Of a DNA stretch of 64,000 nt, positions 29,573-38,326 are shown piece by piece; position 1 is the stretch's first letter, and every line of letters starts with the position of its first letter. A program made the translations under genes and the position numbers. The notes beneath the pieces were generated by a model. That model was not told the DNA's origin. It did not search any database and saw only the letters and a list, made by a program, of their open reading frames with translations. The stretch is from Planctomycetota bacterium (lineage in GTDB: Bacteria; Planctomycetota; Phycisphaerae; Phycisphaerales; SM1A02): positions 151,528 through 215,527 of the forward strand of contig VGYB01000001.1 in NCBI GenBank assembly GCA_016873115.1, given 5' to 3'.

Positions 29573-29838
29573 GGTCCAGAGGGTAGCGCGGCAGCAGATG
29601 CTCGCGCTCTCGCGGTTTCCTTGCCGCGCAGATGAGCGGCTCCCTCATCTGCCGTGCTTCGAACCGCAACGGCATCACCCCGTCGGTCATGTACGCCAAC
29701 ATCGGGTTCCGTTCCGAGGATGCGTCGTCCGCAGGTGGACGAATGCACAAACTCGCACCGAAGTTCGGGCGGCTTTCCCGGAATGCCGTGCGAAGCGTGC
29801 GATGATGGGCGCGGCTTTCTTCCATCCGGGGACCTTCC

Positions 29839-31272
29839 ATGCGTCATGACTCCATGTCTTGGCCACGGCCTTGCGCCGCGGTCATCCTGCTCTCACTCCT
29901 CGTCGTACCGTTGACCCATCGGGGCATGGCGCATGGAGGGACAACCCTGGCCCCGCTTGGCCCCGTGGCCATGGCCCCGCCCGCCCCAACGGCATGGCAG
30001 GTCCATCAGGAGATCGTTCCATGCCCCGATGCGCCTCCACTGGGTCGGACGGTTGCCATGCACGGGACCTGGCTGTTCGTCGGATCGTGGCATGACCATG
30101 ACCTTGGCGTCACGCCACCGGTCATCCATGCATCCCGACTGAGTGGACAGTTCTGGTCGTGCGACACGCCGATCGAGCACCCTCTCCTCGATCCCTACGC
30201 CGACTTCGGCCGTGCGATCGCCGTCCATGGCGACCTGCTCGCCATCGGCGCCCCGCGCGAGACCGTCGAGGGCCTGCACGCTGCCGGTGCAGTCCATGTC
30301 TTCCAGCACCAGGGCGATGCGTGGCGTCACCTTGGCACGATCCATGCGCCGGTCCTCCAAGCTGGTGCAGAGTTCGGGGCCTCGGTCGCACTGCATGGCC
30401 AGCGGCTCATCGTTGGCAGCCCGCGCTGGGACCACGGTTCAGCGGGCTTCGAGGAAGGTCGTGCAGATCTGTTTGCCATCACCGACGCCGGCATCGATCA
30501 TCGTGCCGCACTCCACTCCCCCACGCCAGTCCAAGGTGGCCGCTTTGGCTTCTCGGTGGCCATCAGCGAGACCATCATGGCCATGGGTGCGCCATGGGAG
30601 CCAGGCGCGACCGCGTCCATTCGTGGGGGTGCCGTTCATGTGGGCATGGTTGCTGCCGCCGGTGAGTCAACTCCCGTGATCACGGATCGCCTTGGTGCGC
30701 GTGCTGCCAACGAGTGGCTCGGCTGGTCGATCGCGCTGACGGACCATGAGCTTGTCGTGGGTGTGCCGCGTGCCGATGGTGGTGCGATCAGTCCATCGAC
30801 GATCGGGCGTCGGCGCGGTTGTGTCGTCACGGCCGGGCTCACATCAAGCGGACTGCTCATGGATGAGCAACGGGTGTGGGGGTTCACCCATCCCGAGGAA
30901 CATGTCGGGCTGTCGGTGTCAGCGTCGAGCGGCTGGATCATTGCAGGTGCCCCGACGGCCACCGATGGTGAACCGAGTCAGGGTGCCGTCTATCTCTTCA
31001 AGCGAACATCGAGTCGGCCGGGCAGCGATGGGCCAAGTCGTCGATGGCGAACCATGCAACGCATCGTCGCTCCAAGCCCGATCGAGGGCGAAGGTGTCGG
31101 TGCCAGCGTGGCCATCTCGGGCCCCTGGGCAGCTGCGGCCCGAACAGGCGATCCGGAACAACCCATCACGCCCGGCGCATGTCTCCTGCTCTCACTGGAC
31201 TGGGTACAGCCGCTCGATGACCTCGCGCCAGCTCTCGGCGCTCTCGCACGCGATGAAGGCATCCTTCACTGA
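29839..31272 (+). CDS. Secreted FG-GAP-like repeat (beta-propeller) protein
   Basis: There is a signal peptide, then recurring FG-GAP-type motifs: FGRAIAVHGDLLAIGAP, FGASVALHGQRLIVGSP, FGFSVAISETIMAMGAP, LGWSIALTDHELVVGVP, VGLSVSASSGWIIAGAP and VGASVAISGPWAAAA. The last 81 nt overlap the convergent dus gene. Confidence 0.65.
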   Translation: MRHDSMSWPRPCAAVILLSLLVVPLTHRGMAHGGTTLAPLGPVAMAPPAPTAWQVHQEIVPCPDAPPLGRTVAMHGTWLFVGSWHDHDLGVTPPVIHASRLSGQFWSCDTPIEHPLLDPYADFGRAIAVHGDLLAIGAPRETVEGLHAAGAVHVFQHQGDAWRHLGTIHAPVLQAGAEFGASVALHGQRLIVGSPRWDHGSAGFEEGRADLFAITDAGIDHRAALHSPTPVQGGRFGFSVAISETIMAMGAPWEPGATASIRGGAVHVGMVAAAGESTPVITDRLGARAANEWLGWSIALTDHELVVGVPRADGGAISPSTIGRRRGCVVTAGLTSSGLLMDEQRVWGFTHPEEHVGLSVSASSGWIIAGAPTATDGEPSQGAVYLFKRTSSRPGSDGPSRRWRTMQRIVAPSPIEGEGVGASVAISGPWAAAARTGDPEQPITPGACLLLSLDWVQPLDDLAPALGALARDEGILH

Positions 31273-32313
31273 TCGCGCATCAGGGTGGTGGGCAGCGAAC
31301 TTGATGCCGAACTTCCGCATGTGGCGGCTTGTGGTCCGATCCCCGTGGATGATGCTGGCCAAGCGGTAGTGCTCGAGCAGCACATCACGCTGTTCAGCCA
31401 CCGAGGGGACGGTGGGCTCGCGGCCCGCCATCATGTCGCGCGCCTGCCTGAAGATCCATGGATTGCCGATGCAGCCCCGGGCCACGCTCACCCCGGCTAC
31501 GCCGCACTGATCGAGCATCGCGAAGATGTCCTCGACGGTCCAGATGTCACCACTGCCGAAGACGATGCGGTCCGGCCGGCGCTGCACAAGGTCCTCAAGG
31601 AACTCCCAGCGCCCCGGCCCCTCGTAGCGTTGCTGCACCGTCCGGCAATGCACGGTCGTCCAGGCGCAACCCAACTCGTACGCGGCATCGAACACCGTCC
31701 AGAATCGCCGTTCCGATTCGGGCGAGTCATCCCATCCCCTGCGCAACTTGACGGTGCATGGCACACGACCGTCCACGGCATCGATCACGGCCCGAAGCAC
31801 CGGGATGGCGTCGTCAGCGTGGTGCAGGAAGTGACCGCCACGGGAAGCACTCTTGATCTTCTTGACCGGGCACGCCATGTTCACATCGATCAGGTCGTAG
31901 CCCATGCGCACCAGGATGTCGGCGCCCTCAGCCATTTCATGCGGCGTGGTCCCCATGATCTGGCCCGCGATCGGGTGGTCGTCGGTGCTCGCGGCGATGT
32001 TGTCCTCGATCTCGCCCATGCCGCACTCGGTCGCGATCAAGTCGGGGTCTTCCTTGCGCCGTCCCTTGCCGCCGTTGATCAATGTGCGGTCGAGCAAGGC
32101 TTCCGTCACGCAGAATGGACACCCCTGGCCACGCGCGATCAGCCGCATGGCACCATCGCTGTACCCAGCAAGGCCCGCCTGGAAGAAGGGCGCGTCGAAC
32201 CCCGGCACCAGGGCGACGACCCGCGGGTCGGCACGGGCCATCCGTGCCGTCGCGGCGATGGGCCTGCTCAGCCGCCGAGGGGGCAGGTCGGATGGATGCA
32301 GCTCGACGCTCAC
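31192..32313 (-). CDS. dus: tRNA-dihydrouridine synthase
   Basis: The sequence reads APFFQAGLAGYSDGAMRLIARGQG...FCVTEALLD, DLIDVNMACPVKKI, VPCTVKLRRGW and VSVARGCIGNPWIFRQ. Confidence 0.85.
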   Translation of the reverse strand: MSVELHPSDLPPRRLSRPIAATARMARADPRVVALVPGFDAPFFQAGLAGYSDGAMRLIARGQGCPFCVTEALLDRTLINGGKGRRKEDPDLIATECGMGEIEDNIAASTDDHPIAGQIMGTTPHEMAEGADILVRMGYDLIDVNMACPVKKIKSASRGGHFLHHADDAIPVLRAVIDAVDGRVPCTVKLRRGWDDSPESERRFWTVFDAAYELGCAWTTVHCRTVQQRYEGPGRWEFLEDLVQRRPDRIVFGSGDIWTVEDIFAMLDQCGVAGVSVARGCIGNPWIFRQARDMMAGREPTVPSVAEQRDVLLEHYRLASIIHGDRTTSRHMRKFGIKFAAHHPDARSVKDAFIACESAESWREVIERLYPVQ

Positions 32314-32360
32314 GCCGCCAGTGTAGGAGCCGTACCGGTCACCACCGATACACTGCCGTC

Positions 32361-32777
32361 ATGCGCCTGATCCTCTTTCCGATCGCCCTGCTTGCCGGAT
32401 GCGTGCACACCGTTGATCTTGCTCGTGCGACCCGGCCCTATCCGGTCGGTCGCGTGCAATCCTCGGTCGAGCAGATGCAGGTGGTGCAGGAAGACCTCGC
32501 GATCCGGATCACCAACGGCACCGCGGTCGCCTACGACAACGCCAGTCTCTGGGTGAACCGCCGATTCGTGAAGGACAATGTGACGATCCCAGCCGGCGGC
32601 ACCGTCACCATCCAACTTGCCGATCTGCGCGACCAATGGGGCGAGCAGCCCTATCCACGGGCACTGTTCCGTGCCCGCCAACCGACGACGATCGTTCTCG
32701 CGCAACTCGAGGCTGCGCCCGAGCAGCCCCTTGTGGGGCTGGTGGTGGTCACCCCGCGCGTGGACGCGCTGCGCTGA
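32361..32777 (+). CDS. Hypothetical lipoprotein
   Basis: The lipobox is MRLILFPIALLAGC, and the composition is ordinary and globular. The track ORF starts earlier, at 32082. It is divergent from dus, with 47 nt between the starts. Confidence 0.6.
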   Translation: MRLILFPIALLAGCVHTVDLARATRPYPVGRVQSSVEQMQVVQEDLAIRITNGTAVAYDNASLWVNRRFVKDNVTIPAGGTVTIQLADLRDQWGEQPYPRALFRARQPTTIVLAQLEAAPEQPLVGLVVVTPRVDALR

Positions 32778-32795
32778 GCCGTCAGCCGCTGCACG

Positions 32796-33005
32796 CCCCC
32801 ATGCGTCGAGCATGGCGCCCAGGTCGATGCCATTGACCACGCCGTCGCCATTCAAGTCGGCCGCAATGCCGTTGCCGGTACTCGACCACGCCGCCAGGAG
32901 CCGAGCGAGGTCGGCGCCAACGACATGGTCCTTGCCGCAGGCGATCTGGACGACTGTCCCAAGGTCAGCGGGTTGCGGCGGTGTACCTGCGCCCCACGAG
33001 CGCAC
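32796..33005 (-). pseudogene. Probable relic of the C-terminus of an RCC1-repeat / dockerin-module protein
   Basis: The 70 codons read ...GTVVQIACGKDHVVGADLARLLAAWSSTGNGIAADLNGDGVVNGIDLGAMLDAWG. That is an RCC1-blade-like VxQIAxGxxH followed by two dockerin-like segments. There is no N-terminal domain or signal peptide. The reading frame has no stop and runs antisense through the lipoprotein gene 32361..32777. Confidence 0.35.
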
Positions 33006-33069
33006 GCTGCCACAAGCAAGTTGCCGAACATGACGACCTGTCCAAGCCCCGACGGGGCCTCTGGCGGCC

Positions 33070-33672
33070 TCAGAACCCGACCTGGTTCTGGTTGCCCTGC
33101 TTCACGATCGTCTTCTCGTCCTCCCAGACCACGCGATTGTTGGAAGTGTCGACCAGGCTCATCTGGAAGATGTAGGCCACCTGCCGGGTGCTGCCTGCCT
33201 TCGTCCGATCGAAGAGGATCTTGCCGCTGAGCGTGAAGTCAGGCAACTCAATCGGCTGACGGTCCGTGCCATCCTGGAAGCGCTTCATCTGGTTCGCCTG
33301 GTCCCCGAGCGGGTCTTCCTTCACATTGCCGAGCGTGAGCTGCTGCGTGACCTGCGCGCGACCACCCTTGAGGAGCGCCACACGGATCTTCTTGATCAGT
33401 TCGTCAGTGTCGAATTGCGTGTCAGTGCGGTTCTCGACCTTGCTGATCCCCAGCAGCGCAGGCTGGTGTGCAGCCTTGGACAGCACTCCTGTCTCGACCA
33501 TGGAATTCACCATGGCATCTGCCGCGCTCGCGAAGTCCTGGATGTCGACCTTGTTCAGGCTCACGATCAGCGCGGTGCCCTGAGGGTCTTGGTATCGCGC
33601 ATTCTGGCAACCGGCGACCAGGGCAAGGATGACGGGGATGGTGATGGCGGTTCGGTGCATGATGTGCTCCAT
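33070..33672 (-). CDS. LpoB-like (YcfM/COG3417-type) lipoprotein
   Basis: The real start is MEHIMHRTAITIPVILALVAGC (lipobox). The sequence continues LIVSLNKVDIQDFASAADAMVNSMVETGVL...LLGISKVENRTDTQFDTDELIKKIRVALLKGGRAQV...FTLSGKI...YIFQMSLVDTSNNRVVWEDE. This matches the pattern I associate with the LpoB fold. The track ORF is over-extended, to 34227. Confidence 0.7.
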   Translation of the reverse strand: MEHIMHRTAITIPVILALVAGCQNARYQDPQGTALIVSLNKVDIQDFASAADAMVNSMVETGVLSKAAHQPALLGISKVENRTDTQFDTDELIKKIRVALLKGGRAQVTQQLTLGNVKEDPLGDQANQMKRFQDGTDRQPIELPDFTLSGKILFDRTKAGSTRQVAYIFQMSLVDTSNNRVVWEDEKTIVKQGNQNQVGF

Positions 33673-33692
33673 TGAGATGCTGGGATCGTCAG

Positions 33693-34112
33693 TCAGTTGT
33701 TCGGGGTGAAGGGCTGCTTCTCGTCGCTGAGCTTGAGCACCCAGCGTGAGCAGGTGCGGGTCGGTGCCACGGCACCGAGCGTGATGGTCTCCTGGGGCTT
33801 GATGAATCGGTTCTGCCATGTCGCCGTGGCCGAGTCGATCTTCATGCCTTGGGCGTCGTACCACTCGAAGAGGTAGTTGAAGCGCTGCGGATTCAGCTGG
33901 TCGCTGCGGACATCGATCTGCACCTTCATGGTGCCGTCGTCGAGCCGGCCTTCGCGCACATTGTCGACGGTGGCTTTGTATGCCAGCCAGCCGTTGGTGA
34001 CGACGCTCGTATAGCCGCCCTTGCCGGTGGAGGTGTAGGTGTTCGTGGTGTTGCAGCCAGCCGACAGGAGCAGGATGCCGAGGGCGTGCGATGCGAGGGT
34101 GCGAATGGTCAT
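33693..34112 (-). CDS. YcfL-like (DUF1425) lipoprotein
   Basis: The lipobox is MTIRTLASHALGILLLSAGC. The family-typical core is MKVQIDVRSDQLNPQRFNYLFEWYDAQGMKI...W...KPQETITLGAVAP. The start overlaps the upstream stop (ATGA 34109-34112). Confidence 0.7.
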   Translation of the reverse strand: MTIRTLASHALGILLLSAGCNTTNTYTSTGKGGYTSVVTNGWLAYKATVDNVREGRLDDGTMKVQIDVRSDQLNPQRFNYLFEWYDAQGMKIDSATATWQNRFIKPQETITLGAVAPTRTCSRWVLKLSDEKQPFTPNN

Positions 34113-35515
34113 GGGATGCCTCCAAGTGTACGGACGGCGCATGGACGGCCCGCTGCCGTTCCACGCAAATGGACGATCGTGGCGTGCCCGACGGGGCACT
34201 CGAGTGGGCCGATGGTCTCGCCGCCATCCACCGTGATGGTGATGCGCCGGTCCGGCGGTACCGGTACCCGGGCCGAGAGCACCTTCTTGGGCAGCGTGGT
34301 CCAGGTGCGAAGGTCTGCGCTGTTCATGCCGACCTGGTAGAGCGAACCGGCAACTGCACCCCATGACCCCAACTGCTCCTGCAACTGCCAGGTGAGGATG
34401 GCCTTGGTCGCACTCGAGAGGAGCGTGGCCGTGATGATGGCGGGAAGCTCGTCGTTGAACTGCCGCCCCCAGGCCGAATCGATGTCGGTGAGGAGCGACG
34501 AACGCACGCTCTCATTCCCTGCCATCACGGTGAAGCCCGCCGGCCCCATCTGGCGGAAGACCGGCTCGGGGAAAGCCGCCCCCACATAGGGAACCTCGGC
34601 GATGAAGAGCGGGATGTCGATGCGCCGTTCCTTCAGGCTGGGCGCGAGTCCGCTCTCGAGCACGACCCACGCCATGTCGGGGATGCCCTGGCCCGCAAGT
34701 GCAGCCTCGGCCATCGCGAGATCCGCCATCGCGTGCGCCCGATCGGCCTCGGGCAGCATGCCCGCCACGCGCCCGAAGGACTGCCGCGCCTGGTCAAGAT
34801 CGCTGGGTTGACCCGTCGACCAGAACCAGACACCACGCAGGAAGGTCACATACGGCACCGCATAGTCGGCGTAGCCCTGCATGGCGCGCACCGGCGCGTA
34901 AGCCGTGCTTGCCTGCGCACTGAACACAGGGTCCCGCTGTGCCGCCGTGATGTTGTACCTGCTTGCCCGTGCGCGCTCATCGACCTTGGCCTGGAGCTCC
35001 TCGATGCGCTTGTGATTGCGCTCTTCCGCATCGTCCTGCCAAAGCTTGGCACGATTGAGTTCGACACCCGCCTCGGCCACGCGGCCGACTGACCAGTAGT
35101 TGATCGCCTGCAGCGCATTCATCATGATGCGATCGATCGGGCGTCCGCGGAACGGCCGCACGGTCTGATTGGTCACGAGCGCTGCCGCCTCGGCGCTGAT
35201 GCTGACCTCGGCCTTCTCATCGAGGTACGGCCGCGCGATCGCATAGGCCGCATCAAGACTGCGGACGCTGCCGCCGGTGTCGCCAGCCGACTGCAGGACC
35301 TCACCAGCCTCGAGATGGAAGACCAGTGCGTTCACGCCGTCGTTGGCGAACTCCTGCTCGACCTCGCGCATGGCATCGGCTGCCTTGGTCCAATCGCCCT
35401 GGCTGAACGCGGTATCGACCTCGCGCATGCGGTGGTTGTGGCTGCACGCCGACAGCAACATCGCCGCCGCCGCTGCGGCAGGGAGCATCCCGTGCATGAC
35501 AACCGGTCGGGACAT
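34109..35515 (-). CDS. Large lipoprotein of unknown function (COG3014-like by recollection)
   Basis: The real start is MSRPVVMHGMLPAAAAAAMLLSAC (lipobox) at 35515. The N-terminal half looks TPR-like and helical (FSQGDWTKAADAMREVEQEF...ALQAINYWSVGRVAEAGVELNRAKLWQ). It is 468 aa. Confidence 0.6.
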   Translation of the reverse strand: MSRPVVMHGMLPAAAAAAMLLSACSHNHRMREVDTAFSQGDWTKAADAMREVEQEFANDGVNALVFHLEAGEVLQSAGDTGGSVRSLDAAYAIARPYLDEKAEVSISAEAAALVTNQTVRPFRGRPIDRIMMNALQAINYWSVGRVAEAGVELNRAKLWQDDAEERNHKRIEELQAKVDERARASRYNITAAQRDPVFSAQASTAYAPVRAMQGYADYAVPYVTFLRGVWFWSTGQPSDLDQARQSFGRVAGMLPEADRAHAMADLAMAEAALAGQGIPDMAWVVLESGLAPSLKERRIDIPLFIAEVPYVGAAFPEPVFRQMGPAGFTVMAGNESVRSSLLTDIDSAWGRQFNDELPAIITATLLSSATKAILTWQLQEQLGSWGAVAGSLYQVGMNSADLRTWTTLPKKVLSARVPVPPDRRITITVDGGETIGPLECPVGHATIVHLRGTAAGRPCAVRTLGGIP

Positions 35516-35528
35516 GCTCGGTTCCCCG

Positions 35529-37334
35529 TCAGGGAACTGGCACAACCGGCACGGCACCACCGCCGCCGAACGGCCACCACGGCGCCGGCACGAGCGTGGG
35601 CGCCTCGTTGGTGTCGACGTTGATGTCCGACTGCTGATCGATGACCATGCGCGAATTGCGGATGAAGTCCGCCATGGCCCGGATGCGGTCGACCTCCGCG
35701 TCATTGAGCGCCTGACCACGCTTGAGGCCCTCCAGGAAGGCAGTCTGTTCCTGCCAGCGTGCGAAGGCTTCGGGTGTCATGCGGAGCCCGACCTCAAGCT
35801 GCATGCCCGACTTGACCAGCACATTGCGCTCCCATGTCTCGAAGCCGGATCCACTCACACGCACCTTGTGGGGGCCCGGGGTCATGTCGAGGGGTTGCCC
35901 GTGCTGGCCAATCACGAAGCCATCGACCTCGACCGTGGCTGCGACGGGAGCGAGGTCATAGTCGGTCCGCGAGACCACGTACTGGCCGTTGGACTGATCG
36001 AAGAAAATGCCCGGCACGCGAAGGTCCTGCATGACCGCACGGACCACCACGCCGCTCGATGGCGATGCCGCGGCCGCGAAGGCAGCGCTCGTGGCAGCCT
36101 TGGTCGAGGCATCCTGCGCGACCTGTGCGCCGCAGCGCTGGATGAGACCATCCAGCGGGTTGACCTCCTGCTTCAGGCCAGGGGTCTCACGCACGATCGA
36201 TGACTGCTGCGCGACGCCCGCGCCGTACACCAACCCGGTGCCAACGCCCGTGAGCCGGTAGGTCACGGTGAGCGTCCAGGTCGTGGCCTTGCTCTCGATG
36301 CCCTGGCCCTTGAAGTCGCTGGAGGAAGGCTGATACGACGAGAGGCTCGCCAGCAGCATCGCGTCGGCGCCCATCGCCCGAGCGAGCGAAAGCGCATTGG
36401 CCTCGTCGCTCAGGATCCGGTCGAGTTGCTTCTCTGGATCGCTCTCGGTGCCGGCATTCTCGCCCTGGATCGCAAACCGCGCCACGGCGTTCAGCAGGTC
36501 CTCGCGACTCATCACCGCGAAGCGCCGCGGATCGAGGCCTGCCACGATGAAGTCGTTCATGACCATGACCTTGTCCGCCGGCACGGCGGCACGATCCTTC
36601 ACGAAGACTGCCGTCCGCAGCGGGCGATCGGGCACCGACTGCTCGGCAACGCTGCCCGCTCCACCGGCACCGCCCATCGCACCCTCGGCTGGCAACGCAG
36701 CGACCACGCGCTTGACGAGATCCTTGGCCAACGCGACGGCCACCTCGCGCACCATCGGCTCGGTGACCGAACCGCCGCGCACCTCGCGGCCACTCGGGTC
36801 GGCCAGCACCGTGTTGGCCGAGCCCTCGCCGGACACGCTTGCCTGCACGGCACCAGTCGAGCTGTCATACAGGGTCGCGCTCGCCGTGAGCCGCACCGTA
36901 CGACGCGTCATCGCCTGATCGACACCCGGGAAGGTCGCCCGCTCATCACGATCCTGGAAGTCATCGATCGTCGTGACGAGCAGGAGCCGGGAGCCCTTGA
37001 TGCGGCCCGGCTGAGCGGCCTCAGGATCGTTGGGATCCACATTGCCGCTGCCGGTGAAGTCCTGCTCCTTCTGCAAGGCATCCATGTCACTGCGGGCCAC
37101 GGCCTGGAATCGTCCGGTCGCCATGAACTCAGGGATCAACTGCGCGGCGAATGAGTTCACGAGCCGACTGAGCTCGATGGGCTGATCACGCTGTGCGGCG
37201 CCCTCCGTGGCTGCCGGCGACACCTTCGGCTGGGCGATGGCCAGCGCGGGCTTGGCGGGAGCCTGCGCGACTGCACCGTGGACGGCGACGAGTGCCAGCA
37301 TGGCACCGACGAGAGAGGACATTCGGTTCTTCAT
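35529..37334 (-). CDS. Secreted protein with two CsgG/LpoB-like domains, a PEGA domain and a helical C-terminal region
   Basis: The signal peptide is MKNRMSSLVGAMLALVAVHGAVAQA. Domain 1 reads FAAQLIPEFMATGRFQAVARSDMDALQKEQDFTGSGNVD...GRIKGSRLLLVTTIDDF. Domain 2 reads FIVAGLDPRRFAVMSREDLLNAV...ARAMGADAMLLASLSSY. The PEGA-like segment reads ATVEVDGFVIGQHGQPLDMTPGPHKVRVSGSGFETWERNVLVKSGMQLEV. Confidence 0.65.
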   Translation of the reverse strand: MKNRMSSLVGAMLALVAVHGAVAQAPAKPALAIAQPKVSPAATEGAAQRDQPIELSRLVNSFAAQLIPEFMATGRFQAVARSDMDALQKEQDFTGSGNVDPNDPEAAQPGRIKGSRLLLVTTIDDFQDRDERATFPGVDQAMTRRTVRLTASATLYDSSTGAVQASVSGEGSANTVLADPSGREVRGGSVTEPMVREVAVALAKDLVKRVVAALPAEGAMGGAGGAGSVAEQSVPDRPLRTAVFVKDRAAVPADKVMVMNDFIVAGLDPRRFAVMSREDLLNAVARFAIQGENAGTESDPEKQLDRILSDEANALSLARAMGADAMLLASLSSYQPSSSDFKGQGIESKATTWTLTVTYRLTGVGTGLVYGAGVAQQSSIVRETPGLKQEVNPLDGLIQRCGAQVAQDASTKAATSAAFAAAASPSSGVVVRAVMQDLRVPGIFFDQSNGQYVVSRTDYDLAPVAATVEVDGFVIGQHGQPLDMTPGPHKVRVSGSGFETWERNVLVKSGMQLEVGLRMTPEAFARWQEQTAFLEGLKRGQALNDAEVDRIRAMADFIRNSRMVIDQQSDINVDTNEAPTLVPAPWWPFGGGGAVPVVPVP

Positions 37335-37410
37335 GGATGGGTTCCCTGGACCACTGACCTGGATCGACGGACCTGGAACGGCTTCCCTGAGCCGGACAAC
37401 GCCCCGGAGT

Positions 37411-38304
37411 TCAGGCGAGACCAAGCCGACGGCGCTTTTCGTCCCACTCGGCCTGCTCGCGCTTGTTCTGCGTTGCCAGCGGCGAGCCAGTTCGCAGGGA
37501 CTCGATTTCGAGGCGGCTCAGGTGCATGGCCTCAAGCCGATAATCCTCGAACGCCTCGCAGGCCTGAGGGACGATCGGCTTGAGCATGTCGTACATCGCC
37601 CGCGCGTAGTCCTGGATCTCCTGCTGGGCGTGGGGATCCATCCGCAGGCTCAGGAAGTGGAAGATGTTGTGCAGGTCGCACTTCCAGTACCACTCGGTGT
37701 AGACGCTGACCGGCAGTGCCGTGCGGGCGAGTTCGCGCGCCACGCCCTTCTCAGTGAGCTTCAGGTACTCCCGGTAGTGGGCCTCGGCCTTCTCGAGCAA
37801 CTGAAGGAAGTCCTCCGCGGTACCGGCGTCGATCGGCTGGTCGCCGCCCTGCCGATTGCTCGTGCTCTGCTTGCGCACCATCTCGGGGCTCGGCCGGTAG
37901 AACCGGTCGGGCACGATCGAGTAGCGGGCGCTGTACTCGTTCACATTGGCCGTTCGGTGACGGATCCACTGGCGCGCGATGAAGATCGGCATGGCGACAT
38001 GGAACTTGAACTCGACCATCTCGAATGGTGTCGAGTGGCGGTGGCGCATGAGGTAGCGCACGAGACCACGATCCTCGCTGACCTGCTTCGTGCCCTGGCC
38101 ATAGCTCACGCGCGCGGCCTGCACAATGGCGAAGTCGCCGGTCTTGCCCTCGGGCACCATGCGCGGCATGCAGTCCACCAGGCTCACGAAGCCATGGTCG
38201 TGCACCTTGATGTCCCATCGTGAGTTGCCGCCCATCACGTCCACCATGGGACCCTCGGGCGCAACGCGGGTGAATCGTTCTCCAACCTCGATGTGCTGCG
38301 TCAT
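37411..38304 (-). CDS. thyX: FAD-dependent thymidylate synthase
   Basis: The ThyX motif is RHRHSTPFEMVEFKFHV...PIFIARQWIRHRTANVNEYSARYS. I prefer the start at ATG 38304 (MTQHIEV); the track extends to 38382. Confidence 0.92.
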   Translation of the reverse strand: MTQHIEVGERFTRVAPEGPMVDVMGGNSRWDIKVHDHGFVSLVDCMPRMVPEGKTGDFAIVQAARVSYGQGTKQVSEDRGLVRYLMRHRHSTPFEMVEFKFHVAMPIFIARQWIRHRTANVNEYSARYSIVPDRFYRPSPEMVRKQSTSNRQGGDQPIDAGTAEDFLQLLEKAEAHYREYLKLTEKGVARELARTALPVSVYTEWYWKCDLHNIFHFLSLRMDPHAQQEIQDYARAMYDMLKPIVPQACEAFEDYRLEAMHLSRLEIESLRTGSPLATQNKREQAEWDEKRRRLGLA

Positions 38305-38326
38305 GACCCCGGAAGTGTCGCAGAAA

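Noticed and set aside
32310-33005. A 231-aa minus-strand ORF taken as one intact gene
   Set aside because: Only its first ~70 codons resemble real protein (RCC1-blade plus dockerin-like). The remainder is antisense to a convincing lipoprotein gene (32361..32777) and reads as junk. I treat it as a relic fragment instead.
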